Below are positions 39,738 through 49,714 of a DNA stretch of 64,000 nt, one piece after another. Below the pieces are notes generated by a model that searched no databases, had not been told where the DNA came from, and was given only the letters and a program-made list of their open reading frames with translations. The DNA is from Bacteroidetes bacterium HLUCCA01 (GTDB lineage Bacteria > Bacteroidota > Rhodothermia > Balneolales > HLUCCA01): assembly GCA_001314545.1 (NCBI GenBank), contig LIHN01000007.1:31217-95216 (forward strand), read 5' to 3'. Every line of letters begins with the position of its first letter. Position 1 is the stretch's first letter. Both the position numbers and the translations under genes were made by a program.

Positions 39738-41087
39738 CTATTTGACCAGCAGCATGGTTTGGGTGTGCTGTGCATGCTCATCTACCATCAAACGTGAAAT
39801 GTACACTCCGCCCGGAAGCTCACCGGCCTGGAATCGAACTTCATGTGCCCCTTCAGGCCATACGCCATCAGCCAGTAACGCTACGCGGCGGCCCAGCGCA
39901 TCGAAAACCTCCAGTTTTATGACCGATGTCTGTTGAAGCTGAAAGGGAATCGTTGTGGAGGGATTGAACGGATTCGGATAATTTTGCAGCAGATGCGTGT
40001 CTTCAGGCAAACCGGCTAAAGGCTCGTCGCCAATATGGGTAACCGACCCGGTATTCCACGCAAGAGCGGCAATATTCAGCTGGGTAACCCTCCGAACAAG
40101 CTCGAAATTCATACGATCGGCGGTGTCGGTTACCTTGTGATAGTACGGGTTTGCCGTGTAGTAGGTGTTGGTATTCCACGGAGCTGCATTTTCGATAATC
40201 AGAATAGACGGGTATCCCTCGTCGGCAAACGACTGATGGTCGCTGTATACACCGTTGGCAAAGGGGAAGCCGTTCATAATCAACCGGGTGAAGAAGTTCT
40301 GATTGGCTTCCACATACCGGGCCCCCAGCGCCGCAGAAGCGGTTGCTGTTGCATTGTTGACTTTGACGATGGCAGTATATTCGTAACGCTCATTAAATCC
40401 AATCATATCGACAGAGACCATACCGCGAATCAGATTGTTGTTGGCCCGCGCTTGTCGTGCCATATGAATGCTGCCGAAATGGTTTCCCGTTCCCAGCGGA
40501 GCAGGTAAGCGTTCCTCAGCACCGAAGGCCACAAATTTTATGGTGTAGTCGGGCCGGAACGGGCTATCCGGGTCGCTCATAATGCGCGCCATTTCCAGCA
40601 AGGCAGCCACACCCGATCCGTTATCGTTGGCGCCGGGTGCCTGAATGGTTTGCCAGTTGGTCCCGTTGTTCCAGCCCGGATCCCGGTCGGAGGTGGCATC
40701 ATAGTGAGAACCAATAACATAGTATTCATCCGGAAAAACAGCCCCTTCGATGGTTGCAACGATGTTGACCTGGGGATGTGTATTAAAGGGCGGGGCAGCC
40801 CCGGGAATAAAAAAGGTGTCGATTTCAACGGAGGTTAGTCCCGGCATTGCGTCAAAAACCTGACGAATGTAAACGGCTGCACTGTCCTTGCCCGGGGTAA
40901 ATGTAATTCGACTGCGGGTCCCTCCGGCAAACTCAAGCTGTTGTACATGTTCCGTCAGACGCTCCGTTGAGACTTCCTCCAACATTGAGAACACCATTTC
41001 CTCGAGTGTTGACTGGGCTATAAGCGCACGTGGGTTCAGGAGGGCGACCGTTACAATTATAGCTGACAAAAGTAGATATCGGGGCAT
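39738..41087 (-). CDS. Secreted M28-family aminopeptidase with a T9SS C-terminal sorting domain
   Basis: Start at ATG 41087 (MPRYLLLSAIIVTVALL, signal peptide). M28 metal-site blocks HYDA, GANDNGSGVAALLE and FVAFGAEE. The C-terminus NYPNPFNPSTTIPFQL...GVYISRL...MLLVK is typical of T9SS cargo. Confidence 0.8.
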   Translation of the reverse strand: MPRYLLLSAIIVTVALLNPRALIAQSTLEEMVFSMLEEVSTERLTEHVQQLEFAGGTRSRITFTPGKDSAAVYIRQVFDAMPGLTSVEIDTFFIPGAAPPFNTHPQVNIVATIEGAVFPDEYYVIGSHYDATSDRDPGWNNGTNWQTIQAPGANDNGSGVAALLEMARIMSDPDSPFRPDYTIKFVAFGAEERLPAPLGTGNHFGSIHMARQARANNNLIRGMVSVDMIGFNERYEYTAIVKVNNATATASAALGARYVEANQNFFTRLIMNGFPFANGVYSDHQSFADEGYPSILIIENAAPWNTNTYYTANPYYHKVTDTADRMNFELVRRVTQLNIAALAWNTGSVTHIGDEPLAGLPEDTHLLQNYPNPFNPSTTIPFQLQQTSVIKLEVFDALGRRVALLADGVWPEGAHEVRFQAGELPGGVYISRLMVDEHAQHTQTMLLVK

Positions 41088-41374
41088 TTTTGCAGATGAT
41101 TTTGGTACATATAGTCCGGTGAACGGGATGTGCAAGGACATCACCTGCCACCATTGAGCCTGTCGGTGCCATGTCAGACGGTGAGCGGGATACGCGAGGA
41201 CATCCCACCCCGGGAGGAACAGTGAAGTTATAAAATCCAATATGACGCTTTGCTTTAAGAATTTTGATAAAATGATGCTATTTATTAATCTGTTCAAGCC
41301 TTTTACAACAAATACAACCATACGCCAGATGAGTTGCTATGGACAATAATCATCTAATTACATCATCCGGACCT

Positions 41375-42733
41375 ATGAAATTACGAATACTGTTCTCCTA
41401 CACACTGCTCATTATCCTTTGTTTGCCGCTCATGGTTTGGGCTCAGACAGAGGTTCGCACCTGGGATGATCTGAATGCCCTACGTACCAATCTGTCCGGT
41501 ACGTACATCCTGATGAATAATCTGGATGAAAATTCAGCGGGTTATTCCAATTACGCATCCGGTGATGGCTGGCTCCCTATTGGTACCGCAGAAGCTCCGT
41601 TTACCGGCACCCTCGATGGCCAGGGTTACGTCATTGAAAACCTGCGCAGCAGCAGGGGCGTCGGGAATGTGGGGTTGTTTGGTGTGACCAGCGGTGCGAC
41701 CGTTAAAAATCTCACCATAACTCAGGCAGAGATCACCGCAGCAGCGTCCAGTTCCGGTGTACTGATTGGAAACGCAACCGACACCCGTATCGAGAAAGTC
41801 CACGTATCGGGCTCATTCGACCAGGTTGACGACACCGGTGCCACAAGTTTTGGAGGTATTGTTGGCAGGATGGTCGGTGGAATCATCACCGAAAGTTCAT
41901 CGGGAGTTACGATCACGACCGTTGGTCGGTTTGTTGGCGGACTTATCGGCACGGCCACCTCCGGTGTAACCATCGAAACCTCCTTCAACACCGGAAATAT
42001 CAACTCCCAGTTCCGATGGATCGGTGGTCTGGTTGGGCAGTTTGGCGGGAGCTCCATTATCCGCGACTCCTACAGCACGGGAAATATCACAGGAACAACA
42101 CAGGTCGGCGGACTGGTTGGTTTCCATTGGAGAGCTTCCGAAATCTATAACTCATACACTACCGGAACCGTTACCGGTGACGAAGAAGTTGGTGCCCTGT
42201 CAGGATTTATCGACCCGCCCCAGGGTGAGGCAATTGCTGTAATCGAACGTTCGTATTTCAACTCGGAAACATCGGGAGTATCCGTAGGCGCAAGTAACAA
42301 TCCGGATTATAATGGTAACGGCAAATCATCTTCGGAACTCCGAACCGAGTCGACTTTCACAGACTGGGATTTTACAACGGTATGGACTTTTGTGCCGGAG
42401 GTGAACGATGGGTTCCCGGTACTTCAGCATCAAACTGCTACCTCTGTGGACGGATTGGATGCCATTCCGGTACAGGTTCAGTTATCTCAAAACTTCCCGA
42501 ATCCATTCAATCCGACCACGACCATACGGTTCGAGCTGCCTGCCTCGCAACACGTTCAGCTGGCGGTATATTCGGTAGCAGGGCAGCTGATCGGCACCCT
42601 TGTAAACGAAATCCGACCTGCCGGCGTACATGAAGTCCGTTTTGATGCAGGGCAGCTGTCTTCGGGTGTTTATATTTACCAGCTGCGTGCCGGTGAAACG
42701 TCCGTCACCCGGCATATGACACTGATTAAGTAA
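41375..42733 (+). CDS. Secreted GLUG-motif repeat protein with a T9SS C-terminal sorting domain
   Basis: Start at ATG 41375 (MKLRILFSYTLLIILCLPLMVWAQ). Repeated GG(L/I)(V/I)G blocks occur about every 20 aa. The C-terminus reads NFPNPFNPTTTIRFELP...GVYIYQL...MTLIK. Confidence 0.7.
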   Translation: MKLRILFSYTLLIILCLPLMVWAQTEVRTWDDLNALRTNLSGTYILMNNLDENSAGYSNYASGDGWLPIGTAEAPFTGTLDGQGYVIENLRSSRGVGNVGLFGVTSGATVKNLTITQAEITAAASSSGVLIGNATDTRIEKVHVSGSFDQVDDTGATSFGGIVGRMVGGIITESSSGVTITTVGRFVGGLIGTATSGVTIETSFNTGNINSQFRWIGGLVGQFGGSSIIRDSYSTGNITGTTQVGGLVGFHWRASEIYNSYTTGTVTGDEEVGALSGFIDPPQGEAIAVIERSYFNSETSGVSVGASNNPDYNGNGKSSSELRTESTFTDWDFTTVWTFVPEVNDGFPVLQHQTATSVDGLDAIPVQVQLSQNFPNPFNPTTTIRFELPASQHVQLAVYSVAGQLIGTLVNEIRPAGVHEVRFDAGQLSSGVYIYQLRAGETSVTRHMTLIK

Positions 42734-42795
42734 CTTTTATGGTGCTTCGGCACGACCAGCCGCAGCGCATTCGTTACAGCGCCATCCCAGAAATT

Positions 42796-42820
42796 AAAGG
42801 CCTCGCTTTGCGGGGCCTTT
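42796..42820 (+). terminator. Possible terminator hairpin after the GLUG protein gene
   Basis: aaaggcctcg-ctttg-cggggccttt gives a 10-bp stem including one G-U pair. Only a short T tract follows. Confidence 0.4.
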
Positions 42821-42947
42821 CGTATGTTTATCCACCAAATACCGTACCTTAAGTGCGGGTATACATGAACGGATGCGCAACGCAGCGTCCGGAAAACTAC
42901 ATTCAACCTGTTGTCAGCAGGTATTTCGTTAGGGAAATACAGATTAC

Positions 42948-43955
42948 ATGGAATTTTTAGCAGATTTCTTTCTTCGGTTTCTGGTTCAGTTTCAGTCGCC
43001 CACGCTGGGTTTTCTGATCGGGGGCATGGTGATTGCCGCCCTCGGCAGCAATCTGAAAATTCCCAGTGCCATTTATCAGTTCATCGTATTTATGCTCCTG
43101 ATGAAAATCGGGCTGAACGGGGGTATTGAAATTCGCGAGGCCAATCTGATGGCCATGGCACTGCCCGCTGTGATTTCGATTATAATCGGGGTCGCCATCG
43201 TACGGCTGGGCATTTTCTTTTTCGGACTGCTTCCCGGCGTGAACAAGGCCGATGGTTTCGCCACGGCGGGACTATTCGGAGCGGTGAGTGCCTCCACCCT
43301 GGCCGTTGCCATTGTTATGCTGGAGGAGGAAGGCATTGGTTTTGAAGCCTGGGCTCCGGCCCTCTACCCGTTCATGGACATCCCCGCCCTGATCCTGGCC
43401 ATCGTACTGGCCAATATCCACGAAAAGAAGCAAAGCGGCGGAAGCAAGGCTAAGGTGAATGTCTGGAAGATTGTTAAGGAAAGTCTCCGCGGCTCGGCAT
43501 TATCGGCCTTGCTGCTGGGACTTGCCCTGGGGTTATTTACCAAATCGGAGCCCATACTCACCTCGTTCTACGAACCGCTGTTCCGGGGCTTTCTGTCCAT
43601 ACTTATGCTGATTATGGGTATGGAAGCCTACGACCGGATCAAGGAGCTGCGCAGCGTGGCCCACTGGTACGCCATTTACGCGGCCATCGCACCGCTGCTG
43701 CACGGACTCATCGCCTTTGGTCTGGGGTACATCGCCCATCTGCTGGTCGGGTTCAGTCCGGGCGGAGTCATCATTTTGGCGGTCATCGCCTCGTCCAACT
43801 CCGACATTTCCGGTCCGCCTACCTTGCGTGCCGGTATTCCATCGGCCAATCCTTCTGCCTATATTGGAGCATCCACCAGCGTGGGCACGCCGGTGGCTAT
43901 TGCCGTGGGTATTCCGCTTTTTATTGCCCTCGGTCAACTTGTATTCGATCTGTAA
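42948..43955 (+). CDS. sbtA: SbtA-like sodium-dependent bicarbonate transporter family permease (DUF897)
   Basis: 335 aa with about 10 TM helices. The N-terminus FLVQFQSPTLGFLIGGMVIAALGSNLKIP...MKIGLNGGIEIR resembles SbtA-family permeases recalled from memory. It is paired with a PII-like gene. Confidence 0.7.
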   Translation: MEFLADFFLRFLVQFQSPTLGFLIGGMVIAALGSNLKIPSAIYQFIVFMLLMKIGLNGGIEIREANLMAMALPAVISIIIGVAIVRLGIFFFGLLPGVNKADGFATAGLFGAVSASTLAVAIVMLEEEGIGFEAWAPALYPFMDIPALILAIVLANIHEKKQSGGSKAKVNVWKIVKESLRGSALSALLLGLALGLFTKSEPILTSFYEPLFRGFLSILMLIMGMEAYDRIKELRSVAHWYAIYAAIAPLLHGLIAFGLGYIAHLLVGFSPGGVIILAVIASSNSDISGPPTLRAGIPSANPSAYIGASTSVGTPVAIAVGIPLFIALGQLVFDL

Positions 43956-43988
43956 ATCGCCATGAACCATACCCGGGAGGATTCATCC

Positions 43989-44336
43989 ATGACATTTCAT
44001 AAAGCTAAGAAAGTGGTGATTGTTGCTGAGAAAATCATTGCATCCGGCATTATCGAGGTCATTGAGGCCAACGGCGCCCGCGGTTATACCGTAGTACACG
44101 CCGGCGGCAAGGGCGAACACGGCCGGCACTACACCTCCGAGAGGGCCTCGGTGGTTGACGACTTTTCAACGGTTCGGATTGAAGTGGTGGTAGCCAACCG
44201 CGAGGTGGCTGAGCGCATAGGCAAGAGCGTAGTTGAGCAATTTTTCGACACGTATTCCGGTATTGTCTACCTTACTGATGTTGAAGTACTTCGCACCACG
44301 AAGTTTACATCGGACAATCCCGCCGGCGGCCAATGA
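43989..44336 (+). CDS. sbtB: PII-like signalling protein (SbtB-like)
   Basis: MTFHKAKKVVIVAEKIIASGIIEVIEANGARGYTVVHAGGKGEHG fits a beta-alpha-beta PII fold with a T-loop-like GGKGEHGRH. ATG 43989 has GGGAGGA 9 nt upstream; the alternative ATG is at 43962. The gene is immediately 3' of the sbtA-like gene. Confidence 0.6.
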   Translation: MTFHKAKKVVIVAEKIIASGIIEVIEANGARGYTVVHAGGKGEHGRHYTSERASVVDDFSTVRIEVVVANREVAERIGKSVVEQFFDTYSGIVYLTDVEVLRTTKFTSDNPAGGQ

Positions 44337-44501
44337 AGAATGTCTGAATGCCCATAGTTACTTCTTCAAGGGTGCGCAGCACTTTACAAGGTATTTATCA
44401 ACCCGGATGGCTGTATCAGTAAATCTGTAAACACCATCCCTAAACACTGCTGCCCAACTTGTGCAGAAAATGTTATTCTTTCAATAATTTACTAACACTC
44501 C

Positions 44502-45566
44502 ATGTTTGCACTAATTTCCTATCTGTTTCTTGCCCTCTTTGTGTCGTTTATGTGCTCCATAATGGAGTCCGTATTGCTGTCAACCCCACAGTCGTTTTTG
44601 GTTGTCAAACAGGGCAAGGGAGAGCGATGGGCCAGCTCCTACCTGAATTTAAAGCTGAACATCGACAAGCCTCTTTCGGCCATTCTTTCCCTTAATACGG
44701 TTGCCCATACGGTGGGTGCAGCCGGTGTGGGCGCTCAGGCGGTCAAGGTTTTTGGCGAGGCCTACTTTGGCGTGGTTTCGGTCGTGCTGACCCTGCTGAT
44801 CCTGGTGCTTACGGAGATCATTCCGAAGACGATCGGGGCCCGGTACTGGCGCAATCTATCGTGGTTTTCGTATGTGACCATCCGATTCATGATTGTGATT
44901 ACCTATCCACTGGTAGTGGTATCGGCCATCATAACACGCATGATCTCCCGCGACCACAAAGAACAGACTACCAGTCGGGAAGAGATTGCCGCCCTGGCCA
45001 GCATCGGAACTGATGAAGGACTTTTTACCGACAAGGAAAACCGAATCATTCAGAATATCCTCAGGCTCAAAAATATCCGGGTAACGGAGATATTAACACC
45101 CCGGGTAGTCATGGTTTCCGCTGACGAAAATCTCCCTCTGAAGGAGTTTTATCGCAACAAGGATTACCTGAAATTCTCACGCATTCCGGTGTACTCGGGC
45201 AATCCGGAGAATATTACCGGGTACGTTTTCCGGCAGCAGGTATTTGAAAATCTGGCCGAAGACCGCCACGACATATCGCTGAAGGTTTTGCGACGTGAAA
45301 TCATGGTCTTTCCGGACTCCATTGTGCTATTTGCCCTGTGGGAAAAACTGCTCGAAAAGAAAGAGCACCTGGCGCTGATTGTAGACGAATACGGCGGTGT
45401 GGAGGGAATCGTGACGATGGAGGATGTGATTGAGACCCTGCTGGGACTGGAAATCATTGATGAGAAAGACACCGTAACCGACATGCAGAAATTTGCAAGG
45501 GAGCGTTGGAAATCGCGCCAGGCCAAGTACGCTATGCTGGACAAGCTGCGCTCGGGCGAGTCCTGA
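44502..45566 (+). CDS. CNNM/DUF21 transmembrane domain plus CBS-pair protein (CorB/hemolysin-like family)
   Basis: Four N-terminal TM helices with the LSAILSLNTVAHTVGA motif, followed by a tandem CBS region (VTEILTPRV...IPVY...; VDEYGGVEGIVTMEDVIE). It lacks the CorC_HlyC C-terminal domain. Confidence 0.8.
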   Translation: MFALISYLFLALFVSFMCSIMESVLLSTPQSFLVVKQGKGERWASSYLNLKLNIDKPLSAILSLNTVAHTVGAAGVGAQAVKVFGEAYFGVVSVVLTLLILVLTEIIPKTIGARYWRNLSWFSYVTIRFMIVITYPLVVVSAIITRMISRDHKEQTTSREEIAALASIGTDEGLFTDKENRIIQNILRLKNIRVTEILTPRVVMVSADENLPLKEFYRNKDYLKFSRIPVYSGNPENITGYVFRQQVFENLAEDRHDISLKVLRREIMVFPDSIVLFALWEKLLEKKEHLALIVDEYGGVEGIVTMEDVIETLLGLEIIDEKDTVTDMQKFARERWKSRQAKYAMLDKLRSGES

Positions 45567-45635
45567 ACAGACGGCGGCCATCTCCATCATTGGTCTCATC
45601 ACCCTGGTTCACATCGGCCTGATACCAACTTCCCG

Positions 45636-48320
45636 CTACACCGGGCTGCTGTCCACACGTTTCCGACGGTGCTGCTGCACCACAAACCAGGTATACACCG
45701 AAGCGGTTGAGAAAAGCAGAATACAGACAGTGCCCGAAACGGCCAACAAGGCAAGATCCTGTATCCCGGGATAATCGATCCACAGAAATCCGAAAAACCC
45801 CATTGCCGTCGTCAGTGAAGCAGCAAAAACGTACAGCATCGTAGTCCGGGATACTTCCCGCCAGGATTGACCACGTTGCAGGGCGTACTCCGCGGCGTGC
45901 ATCAGATGAATGGTACTGTCGATGCCGATTCCGATGAGCAGGGGCATGGCTACTACGTTATAAAGGTGCAGCTGAAATCCGAACGGTTGAAGCAGGGCGA
46001 AGGTGAGTGCAAAGCCGCCGAGGGTAGCCAGGGAAGTCCAAAGCGCCGTAGATAACTGTCCGAAAGCCATCCAGGTGCCGATAAACATACCCAGAATAGC
46101 CAGGCCCAATATGGCCGGAATCTCATCACGCAGCAGTGCAAGAACCTGCGAAGAAAGCAGGTAGGTCGACACAAAATGGTATTCAGTTCCGTCTTCCATG
46201 ACCAGCCGGGATGCATCGGCCCGAAATTCAAGGGCATCAGGGGTATCGAGAATCGGGTTGTCAGGGTACAGCGCAATGAGGTTCAACGGGTTCCCGGAGC
46301 TGTCATACAGAAGCTGGCGAAACCGGTAGGGTAGCGAATCGGTGACAATACCATCATCAACCCGGAGCGATTGCCGGAGGATTTCCTGCTCAGCAGCGGG
46401 CCAGTCGGTGGCAAAGCGCAGGGCACCGGCATCATCGGTCCATACGTTTTCAAGCGCCCGGATGAGGGTCAGCCTTTCTGCAAGTTCATTGCTGTTGGCG
46501 GGGATGCGATGAACCAGCGATTCAATGCGATGTATTCGGGTAAAAGCCTGTCCTGAGTCGCGCTGCGACTCGATTTCCTGCAGGGCGAGGCGGGCTGTTT
46601 CCAGATCGGGGAGCAGCAGTACCGAGGGTTCCACCGCATCCAGAAAGTTAACCGCCTGTGAATAGCGGGAAGCGAACGCATCACTGAGCTGGTGACGGGG
46701 TTCAAGGTCGACCAGGCTGTAAGTGAATGTAACCTGACTGGCCGACCAAAGGCTGCCTGCCAGCACAAGGAGTAAAAAGACAAGCTGCCATCGGATGCGG
46801 GCTGTGGTGGGGTAGTGCCGGCCAACCCCGGGCGAACGGGTATCCGTTGAATTGCGCGCCTGTGCAGTCTGTAAGGTTAAGCCGGGTTCCGTTTCGGCGG
46901 ATTGATGCGAAGCAGCTGCACCTTCGGCCCCGGCATTAGATGCCCGCTGACCGGATATGGAAGCTTCTGCATTGGGGATCTCATCCACTGGTACATAACT
47001 GTGGTGGCGGGTTTCCGTTTCCGAGCTGAATGCGGGTGTTCCCCGGGCTATAATCCGGTTCACCCATGCCATGAATAAGGTGAACGTGAGCACATAATTG
47101 ATGGTCAAGGCCATCAGGAACAATCCTCCGAACGACTGAAACCCCAGAAAACCGGAAAAAATAAGTCCAAGCATAGCAAAACCGGTTGTCCAGAGACTGA
47201 ATGCCATTCCTTTGCCGGTTTTGGCGCTTAAGCGCGCAATCATCATAATCGGGTTGGCGCCCGGCCGGTAGAGTTCCAGTCTGGAAGAAACCAGGTGAAT
47301 CAGGTAGTCAGCGTTCACGCCCAGCATAATGCCCAGCAACGGAACCGAGAACAGGTTCAACGTCCACCCCGATGCTGAGGCCATGCCCATGGTAACCAGC
47401 AGGGTGAGGAAAAGGGTTGCGATGATAGCACCAAACAGTCGGAACATCCATCGCTTACGACCAGGCAGTGCGTGGAGTCGCTGCCGGACCAGAAATCGCA
47501 GATAGAATCCCAGCAGGAGTACCACAGCAAGCATGGAAATCTGGCTTCCACGCAGTACAATCCGGTTTACAGCCGCTATCTGACTGCTGGGCTGCCAGTT
47601 ACCCAGATTGCTGTATAGCTCCACCCGGGTTCCGTTTGCCGTATTGATGGAATCCAGTCGGGCCTCAATCATGGCAAGCATCGCCTGTTCACCCTGGCTC
47701 CGCAAGGCGGGACCGGCAAAAGCTTCGGCAACCAGAACCGATCCATCCGGCGTGGTCCGATACCGCGGGGGGAGACCGATGGCATGCTCCAGCCAGGCGT
47801 GTACCGATGTAAACTGCAGCATCTCTGACAGATTGGCCGAAGAGTCCGGTTCGATATCAAAATAGAACGGGTTTTGTCGGAGCAACTCCTGCTCTGAGGC
47901 CTCCACCAGCATCTCCAGCTCCGCGGAAGTGAGCATGAGCAGTGCTTTGCGGTACAGATAGGGAGCGCGGTTATCCAGCTCAATGGAAGCAAGCCAGGGT
48001 TCCGGTCCGCGTGCCAGGGGTGCCAGCAGACTATCGGCAACATCGAGCATTACCGGAAAATCTTCGCCCTCAAAAATAAATCCCAACGACATGGCCGACT
48101 GCACACGACCCTCCAGACTGCGGGCCGAAACGACCAGAGGCTCCTCATCGGACAGCAGGCCGTACAAAGAATTGTCATAGTTAATCCGTGGCAACAAGGC
48201 CAGGGAGACCAAAGCCATGAGCACCCAGAACCCCACAACGGCAACCGGCCGGTGATGGGCCAGCAGCATAAGCTGTCGGGTTAATTTCTCTGCCGGCGAT
48301 GTGGCTGATTTTTTGGACAT
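45636..48320 (-). CDS. RND-superfamily / MMPL-like membrane exporter
   Basis: Start at ATG 48320 (MSKKSATSPAEKL). The topology is 1 plus 5 TM helices, repeated twice, with two large periplasmic domains. A low-complexity insert separates the halves. Substrate unknown. Confidence 0.7.
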   Translation of the reverse strand: MSKKSATSPAEKLTRQLMLLAHHRPVAVVGFWVLMALVSLALLPRINYDNSLYGLLSDEEPLVVSARSLEGRVQSAMSLGFIFEGEDFPVMLDVADSLLAPLARGPEPWLASIELDNRAPYLYRKALLMLTSAELEMLVEASEQELLRQNPFYFDIEPDSSANLSEMLQFTSVHAWLEHAIGLPPRYRTTPDGSVLVAEAFAGPALRSQGEQAMLAMIEARLDSINTANGTRVELYSNLGNWQPSSQIAAVNRIVLRGSQISMLAVVLLLGFYLRFLVRQRLHALPGRKRWMFRLFGAIIATLFLTLLVTMGMASASGWTLNLFSVPLLGIMLGVNADYLIHLVSSRLELYRPGANPIMMIARLSAKTGKGMAFSLWTTGFAMLGLIFSGFLGFQSFGGLFLMALTINYVLTFTLFMAWVNRIIARGTPAFSSETETRHHSYVPVDEIPNAEASISGQRASNAGAEGAAASHQSAETEPGLTLQTAQARNSTDTRSPGVGRHYPTTARIRWQLVFLLLVLAGSLWSASQVTFTYSLVDLEPRHQLSDAFASRYSQAVNFLDAVEPSVLLLPDLETARLALQEIESQRDSGQAFTRIHRIESLVHRIPANSNELAERLTLIRALENVWTDDAGALRFATDWPAAEQEILRQSLRVDDGIVTDSLPYRFRQLLYDSSGNPLNLIALYPDNPILDTPDALEFRADASRLVMEDGTEYHFVSTYLLSSQVLALLRDEIPAILGLAILGMFIGTWMAFGQLSTALWTSLATLGGFALTFALLQPFGFQLHLYNVVAMPLLIGIGIDSTIHLMHAAEYALQRGQSWREVSRTTMLYVFAASLTTAMGFFGFLWIDYPGIQDLALLAVSGTVCILLFSTASVYTWFVVQQHRRKRVDSSPV

Positions 48321-48511
48321 CCGCAAAGATACGAATCCCCGTGCAGGGAGCAGGCGCGATTTCAGCGGAAAACGGCGGCCTGACGGCACCATCCCGCCTG
48401 AGAAACATCAAGTCTGACGTCAGGTAGACTAGTTAAGTATCCGTTTCCATTAGCCGATAATGGGTTTAACTACTTTACTGGCTGAATACTACAAAAGGAT
48501 GAACTTTCGCG

Positions 48512-49714
48512 TTGGTCGGGCAGAATTCATGCCGGGATAAACACCTATTAGAAAAATCGTACTCGGTCTTGCAGTCATCAAACCGTAATAAAACCCTGAA
48601 TCACTACGCAGGCAACAGTCCATTGGTCATGGTTGTTGAAGATGAAATAACATCCTGGATTATACTTCAACGGGTACTTGAATCGGCTGGGTATGAAACT
48701 CTGCGCGCGGCAACGTTGGAGAAAGCCGCCGAGGTACTCAGCAGTCACCAGGTATCGCTCATGTTGCTGGATATCAACCTGCCGGATGGCAATGGAATCG
48801 ACTGGTATCGTAATGTGCAGCAAAACCCGAACCTTCACAATGTTCCGGTACTTTTTGTAACCGCGGAGGATGCATCAGAGCAGAAAGTGCGTGGGTTTTC
48901 GGCCGGTGCCGTTGACTACATCACCAAACCGTTCGATCACATCGAAGTACTGGCCCGCGTCCGAACCCACTTACGCCTTCGCGCTGCGTACGAACAGCTG
49001 GCGGAGATGCAATCGGCGCGGATGTCTAAGCTAACGCGCACCCAGAAAATGCTCATGCCCGACCCCGGGACCCTTCCGGAGGCCGGCTTTGATGTCAGAG
49101 TGGCGCAGATCAACGGGGCAGGTGGCGACTTTTACGATGTAATGCAGTCGGGAAGTGAGGTGTGGGACTTCATTATTGCCGATGCGAGCGGCCATGATGT
49201 AGATACCAGTTTGTGGACCGCCACCCTTAAGGCACTATTTCATGAATATGCCTCCATCGTAAATACCCCGGAAGAAATTCTCCGGCAGATTAACAAATCC
49301 CTGCTGAAAATCCTCCCACCACATCAGTTCTTCACCGTGGTACTGGTCCGTGTGAATCGTAAACGCGGAACCGTCAGCATGGCAAATGCCGGACATCCGC
49401 CGGTAATCCGTGTGGATGCAAACGGTCAGGCACGGATTCTGGAAGCGGAAAGTGATGTTCTGGGGATGTTCCCCGACGCCATTTTTACCACAACGGAACT
49501 TTCATCACAATCGGGCAGCCGGCTGGTGCTGTATACGGACGGACTGGTGGAGGGATCGTTGAATATTCATGCAGCTATTGACGGATTGGCGGAACTGTCT
49601 GAACAGACACGAAGTCTTGAGGCCTGTGAGGCTATCGACATTATCCGCATCCGGCAGCTGGAATCAGGCAGTATTGCCCGTGATGATACTATTTTAATGC
49701 TCATTGAGGTATGA
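48512..49714 (+). CDS. Response regulator with a PP2C (SpoIIE/RsbU-type) phosphatase output
   Basis: REC domain (VMVVEDE...LLDINLPDGNG...ITKPF) followed by PP2C motifs GGDFYDV, IADASGHDV, LYTDGLVE and DDTILMLIEV. The start is uncertain: TTG at 48512 or ATG at 48629. Confidence 0.8.
   Translation: MVGQNSCRDKHLLEKSYSVLQSSNRNKTLNHYAGNSPLVMVVEDEITSWIILQRVLESAGYETLRAATLEKAAEVLSSHQVSLMLLDINLPDGNGIDWYRNVQQNPNLHNVPVLFVTAEDASEQKVRGFSAGAVDYITKPFDHIEVLARVRTHLRLRAAYEQLAEMQSARMSKLTRTQKMLMPDPGTLPEAGFDVRVAQINGAGGDFYDVMQSGSEVWDFIIADASGHDVDTSLWTATLKALFHEYASIVNTPEEILRQINKSLLKILPPHQFFTVVLVRVNRKRGTVSMANAGHPPVIRVDANGQARILEAESDVLGMFPDAIFTTTELSSQSGSRLVLYTDGLVEGSLNIHAAIDGLAELSEQTRSLEACEAIDIIRIRQLESGSIARDDTILMLIEV

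Noticed and set aside
42823-42947. Possible riboswitch or leader upstream of the sbtA-like gene.
   Set aside because: Only a small 6-bp hairpin (ggatgc...gcgtcc) is visible. I recognise none of the conserved cores of the c-di-AMP (ydaO), Na+ or other riboswitch classes. A covariance search would be needed.
38848-48400. Possible genomic island integrated at tRNA-Phe.
   Set aside because: I found no integrase, recombinase or transposase gene, and no visible repeat of the tRNA 3' end downstream. There is no obvious compositional shift. The genes are ordinary metabolic, secreted or transport functions.
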